NCBI RefSeq assembly: GCF_009914755.1
Contig: NC_060925.1
Source of the DNA: the human T2T-CHM13v2.0 reference genome, Homo sapiens
Reading direction: 5' to 3' (one strand)
Length of the DNA: 64,000 bases
Shown: one piece after another, positions 27,041-39,183 of the stretch
How the letters are laid out: the number at the start of each line of letters is the position of its first letter
How positions within the stretch are numbered: the first letter of the stretch is position 1
Notes under the pieces: generated by a model
The model's input: only the letters and a program-made list of their open reading frames with translations
What the model was told of the DNA's origin: nothing
Database searches by the model: none
Program-made: the position numbers and the translations under genes

Positions 27041-28389
27041 TTTAAAGCCATCCAAGACAGTACCATTTCCAGAAGGAGGCTCTTAGGAATCCAAAGAAAC
27101 CAAACTCTAGCTATTTGCATAAAATGTTAGATCATTCCCAGAAGTAAGCCTTAGAGTTGAGAGAGTACTAGAAGTGTGACAAGGATGGAGGTTAGCATTT
27201 GTGTATCCTTATGGGAAAACAGGTAAGAGCGGATATTTTTGGAGTTACTGGGAAACTTAACCATGACACTTGGCCTGCTTATGTGTCTGGTATTATTGCT
27301 GGGAACCAAGCTTCATGCCAAACCTCTAGCTATCAGATGTCAGTTTTGGGAAGAGACTTGAACTTGCTTATGTGGTTATTTATAACAGTAGTTTTCTATT
27401 TTGTGTCAGGTTAGAAGACACCATCACACCACTGAAATATGTTATCAGAACCACATGCAGATAGAATATCGTAAATATGGTAGATGATGAGCAAGACCTA
27501 GGACTCACAATTGAGGAAGATACAGAACCCAGCATTTAACCTAGTACCTACATGTACAAAATCCTTTCAGGTATTTAGGAGTTAATAAGCATATTAATAT
27601 AATCATCCTACAAAATGAATTTGTCCAATCTTGTCAGTGAGGTCATTTCTGCAAAATTTTAAAGGGCTTGTAGAGTTTGACAAGAGATAAACATTACAGG
27701 CATTGTGCTGAATTTTCAGCAAAAGCAGTCATAGGCAATATAAAACAAAAGAGCACGACTGGGTTCTAATAAAACTTTATTTACAAAACTAAGAAGTGGA
27801 CCACCATGTTTGCTACATCACGGTTTTCTGACCCTGGTAAAAATACACCTATCAATTCCCATTTTTACTCTTTCATTTCCTTCTGGAAATCTTTCCTATG
27901 TTCTCCATCATCCATAAGCTAAAGCCTAAACTCCTTAACTCTGCTCTGATCTGAACAGTCCCTCATATTTAGTGGTCCTTTTCCTCTCTTTGTGCTCAAG
28001 TCACATTTTTCCATGCGGATAATGCCATTCTCAATGCTTTCTACTTAGTCCAATTCTACCCATCCTTTAAGGTAGATGTCTTCAAATGACATAGAGGGGT
28101 CATATCAGAATCATCTGGGAAGCCTTTTGACAATAAACACAGTGCTCCTCTCCCACACTAAATTCTCGTAGACCCAGCGAGGAGAATGGGGAAAGCAGGG
28201 ACATACAGGGTTGGAAAATGTCCCTCGCCTTATTCAAGAAATTCTCACCTTCTTTTAAAACTACTGCTATAGGACATTACTAAAATCCACTTCCTCCAAG
28301 AAGCTCTCCCTGATCACATAAACCCATACTCAGCTTTTCTTTCTGTGGACCTCCTCAGTCCTCAATGCTCACAAAATTCATTTTAACAC

Positions 28390-28745
28390 CTAGAGTATTA
28401 TTTGGCTATTTAAGCTTTTCCTGTGCCAGGCACTGTTATAGGTACTGGTGTACAGCAGTGAACATGACAGTGAATGCCCTTCTCTCAGAAGATGACACTC
28501 TAATGACTTGAAGAGACAGACAAGTCCATGTGCCCAAAAGAGTGAAAAGATAATTTCAGACAATGGAAACAAGATAATGGGATAAGGAGTGACTGGAAAG
28601 CAAAGCGTAAGGGATGGTTGGAGGGATAAGGAAGTGCTGTTTTAGATAAAGAGGCCAGGAAAAGCTTAAGAAGTCTGTAATTGAGCTTAAAATCAAAATG
28701 CAAAAACCCAGAGGAAAAGAACTGCAGGCAGAGGGAATAGCACAG
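28390..28745 (-). mobile_element. L2 3' fragment
   Basis: tgtgccaggcactgttataggtactggtgtacagcagtgaaca...caggcagagggaatagca. Confidence 0.72.
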
Positions 28746-28834
28746 TTTTATCTTTCCCTTCTGTGAAAATCCTATTGAATATAGAATGTTGGAGAAGCAA
28801 GACTCATAGAGATATGAAAAATAGTCTTCTTATT

Positions 28835-29015
28835 TAGGGTTGTTAGATAAAATATGGGATGCCTAGATAATTTGAATTTCAGATAAACAACAGGTAATTT
28901 TTTTAGTAGAAAGACTGATTGTAGTATAATAACTGAAAAAAAGTATTATCTGAAATTTAAATTTAACTGGGTGTCTGGTTTGTTTGTTTGTTTTGGGTTA
29001 AACCTGACAAGCCTA
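28835..29015. mobile_element. MER53 palindromic hAT MITE
   Basis: tagggttgttagataaaatatgggatgcc...ttgaatttcagataaacaac ... ttatctgaaatttaaatttaactgggtgtc...ctgacaagccta; long imperfect terminal inverted repeats. Confidence 0.75.
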
Positions 29016-29299
29016 CATTTTATTCATAGGAAAAAGGTGGACCAGGGTGATTTGTGTCTAATATCCTCCAGCTCCTTTAAAGCTGTACTGAGACAAAATC
29101 CGAATCTAAGCAGAAGCAATTTAATTTGGTGTTGCTATTTCAGAAGATCTTATATTGTTTTCTGACTGTCTCATTGGATAGTAATTTGTCTTCCTGGCAA
29201 CTCCTTAATAACAGATTCCCTATGACTTTTTAAAAATCATATACTAAGTTCAATATTAAGTAATTAATTTATTCTTTTATCCTTCATCTATCACAAGCC

Positions 29300-31200
29300 A
29301 GTAATAATAGTACTTTCCTGAATAAAAGGTGACAGGCCTCCATTCTCAAGTATAGTAGGAGAAATTAGCAGACATAATTCATTTAAAATCAGCTTGGATC
29401 ATGACAAAGGGCCGCAGCAGAGGCACCCAATAGACTGCGTTTCTGAGTAGGGAGATCCAGCATGGGAATCAAGGAAGGCTGATGTAGGCCTTGATCAATG
29501 GCAAGAATTTCAATAAGGGATTATAGAAGACATCATCCAGGAAAAATAGATCAAAGACAATGTGCTGAAAATAACAGAACTTGTATTGGTAATAAGTCCG
29601 TCTCTGTGGTTGAAACAGAGAATAGCTAAATGATAAGAGCATGAGATGTTAGACCTGGGTTTTCACAAACCCTGTACACCAAATTAAGGGATTTTATTTG
29701 TTGTCTTTATTTGATACCTTTGAAAACTTGTGGACGTCTAAATATTTTTGAGCTGGCACTTGATGTAAAAAGGGTCACAAATGAAGAAAAGCAATCTGAT
29801 GCGGTGTAAAAACATGGAGACCAGTAAGAGAGTGACTGCAGAAGTCCTAGTTATTCAAATGAAGACTCAACTCTAATTTATAATAAGACAAAAGGAAAGA
29901 GGGCACTGAATGCAATAGATATTTTTGAGATAGAAACTCCGGAGCCTGCCAACTGGTGGGTTGTAGAAGTTGAGAGAAATGGAGGAATTGAAGATAAAGC
30001 TGAGATTTTAAATCAACGTGACTGGGAGAAAGACGGTGCCATTCACAAAAGTATGGAAAACCTAGGGAGATTGGTAGATTGTAGGTGGAGAAGACTTAAT
30101 CATTTTTAAATATTGCATTATAGAATGTATAGCTATAAAGAGCATCATGATAATGCCCAATCCCTTTGTTTCATGTAGAAGAAAATCCAGTGGGAGTAAG
30201 TAACTTGCCTGTGATCACTCAGTAAGTTAGTGAAATAGCCAGTTCTGGAAATCTGATGCCCTATTTTCCCTAAACAGTGTTTCATTCATAAGATGGGCTG
30301 TCTTATGATGAGTTTATAGAAGTAGAATAATTGTGTGGTGCTGTGCAGTGATCAGTTGGAAATACAGATGTGGCACTTTTGTAAAAGATCGGGGACAATG
30401 ATTTGGGAGGCATCTAAATGAAAATAACATTTGAAGGTGTGAAAACAAATGTGGTAGCCGAAATAGATGTAGTGCATTTAAGTCAAATGTGACAGATGAC
30501 AATGGGGACTAAGAAGAAGTCTCCACTGAATTTCACATTTAGAAGGCCATTGGGATGAGAGAGAAAGAGAGGGAGAGAGAGACAGAGACAGAGACAGTGC
30601 AGAGTGAGGAGCTGGTGCAGAAGTGGAAACAAAATTTAAAATTATTTTTCTGGAAGCTGACAGTAAAATGAGAAAGATAGAATATCATTGAAGCAGGGCC
30701 TAAAGAAAAGCTTTCAGGTTGTTGTTGGATAGGAGAAAAATAAATGCACATGTAGGTAGAAGCAATGAAAGCCATGGAGAGCAAGAGGGTAAAGATGTAA
30801 ATCAGTGAGGATAGTACTGAAATTGGTGAGGTCCTGCAAGAAACTAGAGGAGACAGAGGAGCAGGAACCAGGAGGACACTGAAGCAGATGGTTAAAAGCG
30901 GAGATAGAGAAGCCTCCACAGCACAAAGTGGTGAAGTGGATGGAATTCAAATTGACCTTTATCTCATCAGTGAGGTAGAAAGTTGGGTTCTTGGTTAAAA
31001 GTTAGAGGATAGAAGTGGGAATGGGAATTTGTGAATAGTGGAAATGTCTTGACATAATGACTGTGGAGAATCAGTAGAGAGATGTAAACCCAGATTGAGG
31101 GCCTTGCTGAGGGTAAAGTAGTGCATTTGTGGTAGACCTAATCAATCTAGTTTCTATGCTGTTCAACTATGGAAGCAGAAGAGAAAATATGAACAATGGG
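29300..31200 (-). mobile_element. Degenerate L2 segments (with an inserted MIR ~30110-30290 and (GA)n ~30557-30595)
   Basis: gtgactgggagaaagacggtgccattcac, cagttggaaatacagatgtggcac, gtcaaatgtgacagatgacaatggggactaag. Confidence 0.55.
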
Positions 31201-31799
31201 AGATTTCCAGGAATTTTCAGGTGGTGGTGAGTACCGGTTTTTTTGTTGTTGCTGTTGTTATTGTTGTTTTTAAATTACTGTTGATGGAATTAATGTTAGG
31301 TAAAGAGTCAAGCAGACTGGGCAAATGTCTGCTTGCCATTTGCTGAATGAAGGAGTTAAGTCGAGGGCCAAGGTCAGGTTCTCAAGGGTGCTTTTGTGCC
31401 AGGCTTTAGCTGCATGTTGCACACATTATTTTTTTATCCTTGTGATAATAGGAAAAATTAGATAAATCATAAACTTATGAGGTAACCATTACTACCCCAA
31501 ATTTACAGATAGAGATCCTGAAACTAAGATTGAGTGAACTGTGTACAAAAAGACCCACAGGAGTAAATGGCAGAACTTTTTCAAACCCTGCCTTGCCGTT
31601 GCCTCCAGTAGCCAGGAAGGAAATGCAAAATTGGGCAGATAAGGTAGCTGAGATCAGATGAGGAATTTCAGAAATAGAGATGGAACACTTCCTAATGATA
31701 AGCTCCAAAGTGAAGCAGTGGTGACAGAGGAAGAATCAAAATGCTGGTTATAGATGTCAAGGTGCAAGGAATTAGAGAGTTCATGGATTTTTTTCCGGA

Positions 31800-32140
31800 A
31801 ACTTATTATTGAAGTATCATATGCAGAGAGAAAAGTGCACAAATCACAAATGTAGAAATCAGTGATTTTTAATAAAATGAACATACCTATGTAACCACTA
31901 CCCAGACCAAAAGAACAGATAACTGCCAATTCCATAGAAGGCCCCTGGAAGTCCCTCCTAGTCACTAAACCCCAAAGGTAATTACCATCTTGACATCTTG
32001 GCTTAATATCAAAGATTAGTGTTTGTCTCTTTGGAGCTTTGTATTAATGGAATCATACTATTTAATGTACTTTTTAATATCTGGGCATTTTTTGCTCCAC
32101 ATTTGTACTTATGAGATTCATTCCTGTTGTTTCATGCTAC
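31800..32140 (-). mobile_element. Old L1ME-type 3' end (in copy 1 of the local duplication)
   Basis: aaaagtgcacaaatc...gaacatacctatgtaaccactacccagaccaa...aatggaatcatac...tgagattcattcctgttgt. Confidence 0.7.
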
Positions 32141-32360
32141 AGTTGTTCCAGTAGATTTAACCACTAATATAACCATGCAAATAGTTGCCACCTTTTCTAA
32201 TGAGAAAAGAGTCCCATTATGTGAGGCCCATAAACAAAAGATTATGTATATTTTTATGCATTTTTATTGGATAGAAAGTGTGGGCAACTTGACAGATACA
32301 TTTCTGACATATACAGAGCTATGCTAACATTGCATTTAGATATAGTTACTAAAAAATTAT
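31832..32360 (+). repeat. Direct duplication copy 1 (paralogue 49713-50234)
   Basis: Colinear matches throughout, e.g. attatgtgaggcccataaa, ggatagaaagtgtggg, acttgacagata, catttagatata. Confidence 0.9.
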
Positions 32361-34194
32361 AAGAAAGTTCTGCATGTTCTACTCTATAGTACTACAAACA
32401 GCCTTGTAATTAGAAAAAAGAAGGTTCAAAATTTAGTGCAATTTACACATACATTGTCGATTCAGGAAAGAGGCTAGGATTCAATGAATGCACTGACATT
32501 TTGAAACAAACAAACAAAAAATCCTGTGTCTTTATGAGTGTTTGGAACTTCAGGATTCACCAAACTATTCTTGGTTGTTTGGAAATGATGTACACTTAGT
32601 CCTGGAAGAAGATTTAAGGAAACACCACCTGCCTTTCAGTAGTATGTTTCTGGGAAGGCTCTATGTTAACCATTCTGCAATACAAATATAAATAACTAGA
32701 TACACTTTAAGACACAAGACGTAATGGTCTAAAAAATGATGTTCCAGAGCAGTTGGAAATGCAGACAAGTACATGATTAATATTGCAAATGGGTTTATAA
32801 AATCTCCAAGTTGCTCAACCTCCCTTGAGACTCAGTTTCTTCTTCTATAAAATAGAGATAATGCTCCATCTAGCTCCCTGGGCTTCTATGTGAATCAGAT
32901 GACGTGGTATATAAGACAGTACTTTCCAAATTGTAAGACAAGAATATGGTATGATTCTTACTTGCGGTAAATCCTTTTCAGTTGCTCATTGCAGGTCAAT
33001 GTGAAGGGGGAATACCCAGATACGTAGCACCACAGATTGCAGCAAAGTTTAGCCAGGTGATGAATAAGTTTGCCTTTGGAATCAGACAGTCTTGGATGGG
33101 AGTACAGGCTGTGCCACTCACTAGCGGCTGTGTAACTGGAGGCAAGTTATTAATCTCCTAGAGCCATAAATTTCATTTCTAGAATGGAGATCATAGCATT
33201 TGTTAGACTTACCTAGAGGAATAGGTAATTGTAAGAAATGCACCCCTCATGGCACCTTGTGCTCAGAATTATACCAATAAATAGTGTCGGTTACCATAAT
33301 TCTATTATGATAATAGCAATAATAATAGTATGATGGCTTCAAGCAGCCACTTAGTGCTGTTGATGTACAAGGCAAACATTGACGTCCTGGGGTAGTACCT
33401 GCCAGGCTCTCCCACTGTTTTGTTACTTCATTATTTAAGGGAATTTTTCCAGGCTGATGATAGCAGGCTTGGAACCTTGGTAGCTTACATCCTGTGGCCT
33501 CTGGGCACCTACAAAATTCAGGTGTCAAGGGAGCCTCATGTGGGAGGGCCTCTGATAGAGGAACTACTCTCCTCTTCTCTGCTCCCAGATTCTCAGGTAA
33601 GCCCTGTGCCTTTCTGTAATTTCTTGATGAGTTTTAGAATAATGGAACATATGAGCAGAAAGAGACCTCTAGACATCATTTGGTACAACACCCACATTTC
33701 ATAGCAGAAGAACTAGGGCTCATAGAGGCTAAGGGGCTTTCTTTTAGAGTGAGCTGGTGATAAAGCCGGGACTATAACTCAAATCTCCCAATACCCAGTT
33801 CAGAACACTTTCTTCTCTTCCCCGCTGCCCTCAGGAGGTGGCTTCACCTCCACTCTCTCAATGCAAATGGAGGATTGTTATCTGCTTTAGATTTGGGCTT
33901 GAATCTTATTCTCTATGGAATCCCTTGGACAATGCTTTGCACATAATAGTTACTCAGAAAAAAAGTATCTTTAAGTGGAATTCAATTTCTAGGATACCCT
34001 CTTCTCATATTCAATTTTTAGAGCAGAAACCAACCTTAAATATCATCTTTAAATGACCAAGTTCATTTCTCTGTGCTGCACATGTCCTACTTCCTAGGAA
34101 CATTCTCCTCTAGTTGTCCTGGGCAGTCAAGCCATCTTTCCATTGCTCTTCCACTGCCCCCACTGTACAGCTACGTGCTAATGCTTATGTCAAG

Positions 34195-34410
34195 ATAGCA
34201 CAATATAGTGGCTAAGAGTATAAGACCTGGAGTCAAGAGAGAATGAGGTTCCTGGCTGACACTTACTAGATCTTTAATGACTCTAAACCTGTTTTCTTAT
34301 CTGTAAAATGGGGAAGGTAATGCCTACTTTGTAAGGTGTTAAACACTAATAGTATGTAAAATCTTTAGTATAGTGCCTAGCCCATATTGAGTGCTCGATA
34401 AATGTATTAA
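34195..34410 (+). mobile_element. MIR
   Basis: atagtggctaagagtataagacctggagtcaag...ttttcttatctgtaaaatgggg...gtgctcgataaatg. Confidence 0.8.
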
Positions 34411-35719
34411 TATTAGATTGCATCACAATGTATACATTGATATGTCTGTCTCCCCTGTTGAACTGTTATCTTTGGGTACAGAACCTTGCCTTAGTTAATT
34501 TTGTATCCATGGGATCTTGAACGGTGTTGTCTGGTGCAGAATAAATAGTCAAGATTTTTAGGAGAGGGAGAAAGAGAAGGAAGGGAAGAAGGGAGGACCA
34601 GTTATGCGGTGCAGCTGAGCGCCAACCTAAAAAATTAAAGACCTGGGTTCAAGCTTCAGCTTTTCCATCTACTGGCTGTGGAGTTCTAGGCAGTTACTCA
34701 ATGTCTGTGAAACACATTCTCTTTATCAGCAAAACAGGTTTGCTAATACTGACATCATAGCATTGCTATGAGGATAATTTGAGACAATGTGAGACTGTTT
34801 GCATATTGAAATGTACTTTACAGATTTATACAAATCATCATTGCTATGAGAAGACATGCCTTCACTGTCTCCCTTATTTTACCAGATAATCAGCCACTTT
34901 GCAGTGACTCCATCTATGGAGCAGAAAGCACCCCGTTAGGTGCTGTGAGGAGGCCTTTGCTTTCAATATGTTTACTATGCAGAAGGGAGGTTAGAATCCA
35001 CAACCTCCACTCACAGCCATGGCAGGTAGCTTGAGAGAACTTCTGGCTGGGAGCCTTTGACCTCCACTGACCTACCTCTCCGAGTGCCCAGCAGCAGCAG
35101 TCTCTGAAGTGACCCCTAATACGGCATGCACATGCCAGGCCTGCTCAAGTTCATCTTTGGAATGCTGTGTCCTTTGTCAAATGTCACCAGCATCATTTTC
35201 TCATTTCCCTCATGACACACATTTTAAAGCAGCAAAGTGTATTCCCCATGATGTAAATGGTACAGTGGCAGAGAGTGGAGACAGAGGGTGCCCTAATGCC
35301 AGTGGAAGAGAAAGTCAGGGCTGATTCCTGACCGCCACTTCCCCGCTCTGAGCACCGCATATAGGGATCTGCTCTGAGACCTTTATCTTTACCTTCATAC
35401 AGAGCTTCTCCTTCCTTACGTATAAATCCCCAAATGTATAGGTCTGGGAACCTCTAGAGAAACACGGATATAGAGAAATTCACCTCAGTGCCTCTTATTC
35501 TTCATCAGGGATCTATAAAGCTTTTTCAATAGTAAAAGCAGCTCCTTTTAAACACTCCCTGAAAGCATTACCTGATTTCCTCACATCTAAATCCACATTT
35601 CTTTAACCTACTCTTTTCATCTAAATGAGAGCTTTAGGTGGATGTTGAGCCTCCATTCTTAATTCTGGAGGCTTGGGTTTCTCCAGAATGTTTAGAAGGT
35701 TTGGCTCACATGGGTGTTG

Positions 35720-36143
35720 GTATTAGTTTCCTATTACTGCAATAAATATTACACAAACTTAGTGGCTTAAAACGACACAAACCAAGGTTTTGGCAAGGCT
35801 GCGTTTCTTTCTAGAGACTCTAAGGGAACATCCATTTTCCTGTCTCTTCCAGCTTCTAGAGGTTGCATGCATTCCTTGGCTCCTGGCCCCCTTTCATTTT
35901 CAAAGGGAGCAATAGCTGGTCAGACCTTTCTCACCTTCCGTCACTGTGACACTAAATCTTCTGCTTCCCTCTTCAGCATTAAGAACACTTTCAATTACAT
36001 TGGGCCCCACTGGATAAGCCAGAATAATCTCCTTATTTTCATGTTACCTCATTAGCAAACTTAACTCCATCTGCTACCTTTTGCCATAGAACAGCACATG
36101 TTTACAGGTTGCAGGGATTAGGATGCAGACATCTTTAGGAGAG
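35720..36143 (-). mobile_element. MLT1 (C/D-like) MaLR LTR
   Basis: gtattagtttcctattactgc...aaacttagtggcttaaaac...ttccagcttctagaggttgc...ttacattgggccccactggataa...gggattaggatgcagacatcttt. Confidence 0.8.
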
Positions 36144-36173
36144 TGATTTCAGGATCTCAAAATTTCTCTATAG

Positions 36174-36369
36174 CAGGATCAACAAACTACAGCCCATGGG
36201 CCAGCCACATGTTTTTGCAAATAAAGTGTTACTGGAACACAGCCATTTGTTTATTTATGATCTGTGATGGCCTTCGTGCTAAAATGGCAGAATTGTTTGC
36301 AACAGAGACCATATGGCCCACAAATCTAAAATATTTATTGTCTGGCTCTTTTGAAAAAGTTTACCTCTG
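36174..36369. mobile_element. MER58A hAT-Charlie MITE
   Basis: caggatcaacaaactacagcccatgggcc...aataaagtgttactggaacacagcca...aaatatttattgtctggctc; 8-bp TSD ctctatag / ctctgtag. Confidence 0.85.
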
Positions 36370-37854
36370 CTCTGTAGCACTTTCTGTGTCTTTGGTTCTG
36401 ACTGTGACTCTTTAGAACATCACTCACAACCTTGTGGATATCTGCTTCATGTTTTAATTACAACCCCAACCCCACTTTTTAAATTCTAGCAGTGTTCTTC
36501 CTGCCTCTCCAGCAGTTCCTCCTCTATCATCAATTACCATAAAATTATTTATCCCTTGTAGTAACTCCAAGCACCATAGAGTGTTAAGTCTCTTTACTTT
36601 TTCCCTCTGCTTAAAATGCACTTACCTTCTTTCTCTATCTCTTGCCAGGCAAGCTCCTATTTATCCTTTAAAACCGTGCCAATGCATAACTTCCAGGAAG
36701 CCTTCTCTAACATGCCCATCCAAGGAGAAGTACTCTACTCTGAAATTACTTCTAGAATTCTAGAATAGAATTACTTCTACTCTCAAAACAGTCTTGCTGG
36801 ACTGTAAGTGCCTCAGTGGCAGTGACTGAGTGATTTACCCTTCTTGTTGCCCCTGAACCTTGCTGGAGAAACTGGTTCTTTCTATTTCGTGGAGGGAATG
36901 GCTCTTTTCTTGAAGATTCACTTCCCTTCTCCTGGCCTCAGTCTCATCATGTGTGAACCAAAGAGTTGGATTAAATACAGTCAGTCTCTAAGGTCCCTTC
37001 CAGATTCAATAATCCTTTCCATCCCAGAAGATTTGGCCTGGTTCCTTACAGATGCTGAGGAGAAATCTCCTGCATTAAGCTTGCACCCTGCAGAGTTGGA
37101 AATCATCCAAAACATTTATCACTCATAGCTTTGCTTTGACTGTGTGGCAACTGGGAACTGAGGAAATGGGGGTAGAGTGACTGGAAGAGAACAAGGAGTT
37201 GCTGAGATAATTTGGGGGAGATCTCTTGTAAGTATTTGGCCCTGACCTTTCTTCAGGAACCAATGAGAAGGCAGCACAGTGGCCTGGAGAGTTGTAATCC
37301 TTCGCAGCAATCCATGCCTGGGGCTCCTCCACTTGTTATGGATGCACCCTAAATCCTTGCAACCACGTGGGAGTCAAGACAAACTCAATGTGGTCCAAAT
37401 TCACATGTCTCCCCCTCCTCCCCTAACTCCCTCACATGTATCAGTGAGGGAGTTTCTGCTCTTGTGTCCCACTCTAAGGCTTTGTGACAATTTTGGACAC
37501 AATTGTCACCCTTTGTGATGATTTTGGAAACTCGTCTCTCCAGTCCTCCATATCCCATCCCTTAAACATATACTTTTTCCTTCCAAACATTGCTTAGAAC
37601 TTAGCTCTTCTCTGTTATCCTATTGCTACCATCTATTCTAGCCTACACAGGTAATCCTGACAGTAGAATCTTCCCCAGGTTCCCAACTCTAGCTACTTCC
37701 CATTGAGAGCCATCTTACATCCTCCTGCCAGCTTCATAGTTGCACATTCCCTCTCCCCTCATGCCTCACCCCTATTCAAGAACCTACAATAGCTCCATGC
37801 ATTCCTGCATCAAATCCAAACTTCTTGGTCTCATTTCGTAATCTGGCTCCACTG

Positions 37855-38172
37855 TTTTTTGTTTTTGTTTTGTTTTGTTTTGTTTTTTTGGAGATGGAAT
37901 CTCACTCTTTTGCCCAGCCTGGAGTACAGTGGCGTGATCTCGGCTCACTGCAACCTCTGTCTCCCAGGTTCAAGCAATTCTCCTACCTCAGTCTACTGAG
38001 TAGCCGGGATTACAGGAACCCACCACTATGCCTGGCTAATTTTTGTATTTTTAGTAGAGATGGGGTTTCACCATATTAGCCAGGCTGGTTTCGAACTCCT
38101 GATCTCGGGTGATCTTTCCCTCTCAGCCTTCCAAAGTGCTGGGATTGCAGGCTTGAGCCACCGTGCCCAACC
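37855..38172 (-). mobile_element. AluS, full length
   Basis: (GTTTT)n tail, gagatggaatctcactc...gagccaccgtgcccaacc; TCCACTGT on both sides. Confidence 0.92.
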
Positions 38173-38858
38173 TCCACTGTGTTTTCATCACTCTATTCAG
38201 TGAAACCTATCTTGTCTCTGCTTCACATTTCATTTTGGCCGCCATGCCATTCCGCGTATGGTTACCGTTGCCTGGCTTGTAATTCAGCTTAATTCAGTGC
38301 ATTTTCACAAACACTTATGAAGTACCTGCTCTGTCCAAAGCACAAGCACACCTTTGCTGCTCCCAGTCCTTCTCTGATGATCCAACTGCAGTCCATGGTT
38401 TGCCCTTGCTGTTTTCACTTTGTGTCTATGCACTCCTCCCCTCCTGGAGCACATTCCTTGAGGACAATGACAACTGTGTCTTTCACTCTCGTACTTACTG
38501 GGACCTACTGTTAAGTCCAGGCTCCCAGACCACCTTTACCCATACATCATTCTCTTCCCACTTGTTCTGTCATCTATAAATTAATGATAACAAATCTATC
38601 TCACAAGGTTGTTTTGAGTATTAGAGATATTTTGTTCAGGGTTGACTATCAGTTGATGGTTGCAATGATTAGCATTATTTTTATATCCATCCCCTTAGGG
38701 TCTTTCAGTTTTTGTTGCACAAGCTCTTAAGCATTTGGAGTTAGAGAAAGTAAAATGTGTTTTATTACTATTAAACATAGAAGTTATTTCTGTTCCTGAG
38801 TCTTGATTGGAAAATTCCACACTCAACCCCACGAATTACTGTAGGTTAATGCATCTAA

Positions 38859-39183
<325 letters not shown>

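Noticed and set aside
17991-27226. Other AG|GTAAG junctions (~17995 and ~27222) as recursive splice sites
   Set aside because: No polypyrimidine tract upstream.
36750-36770. Heat-shock element
   Set aside because: TTCnnGAA units are not in the required 5-bp alternating register.
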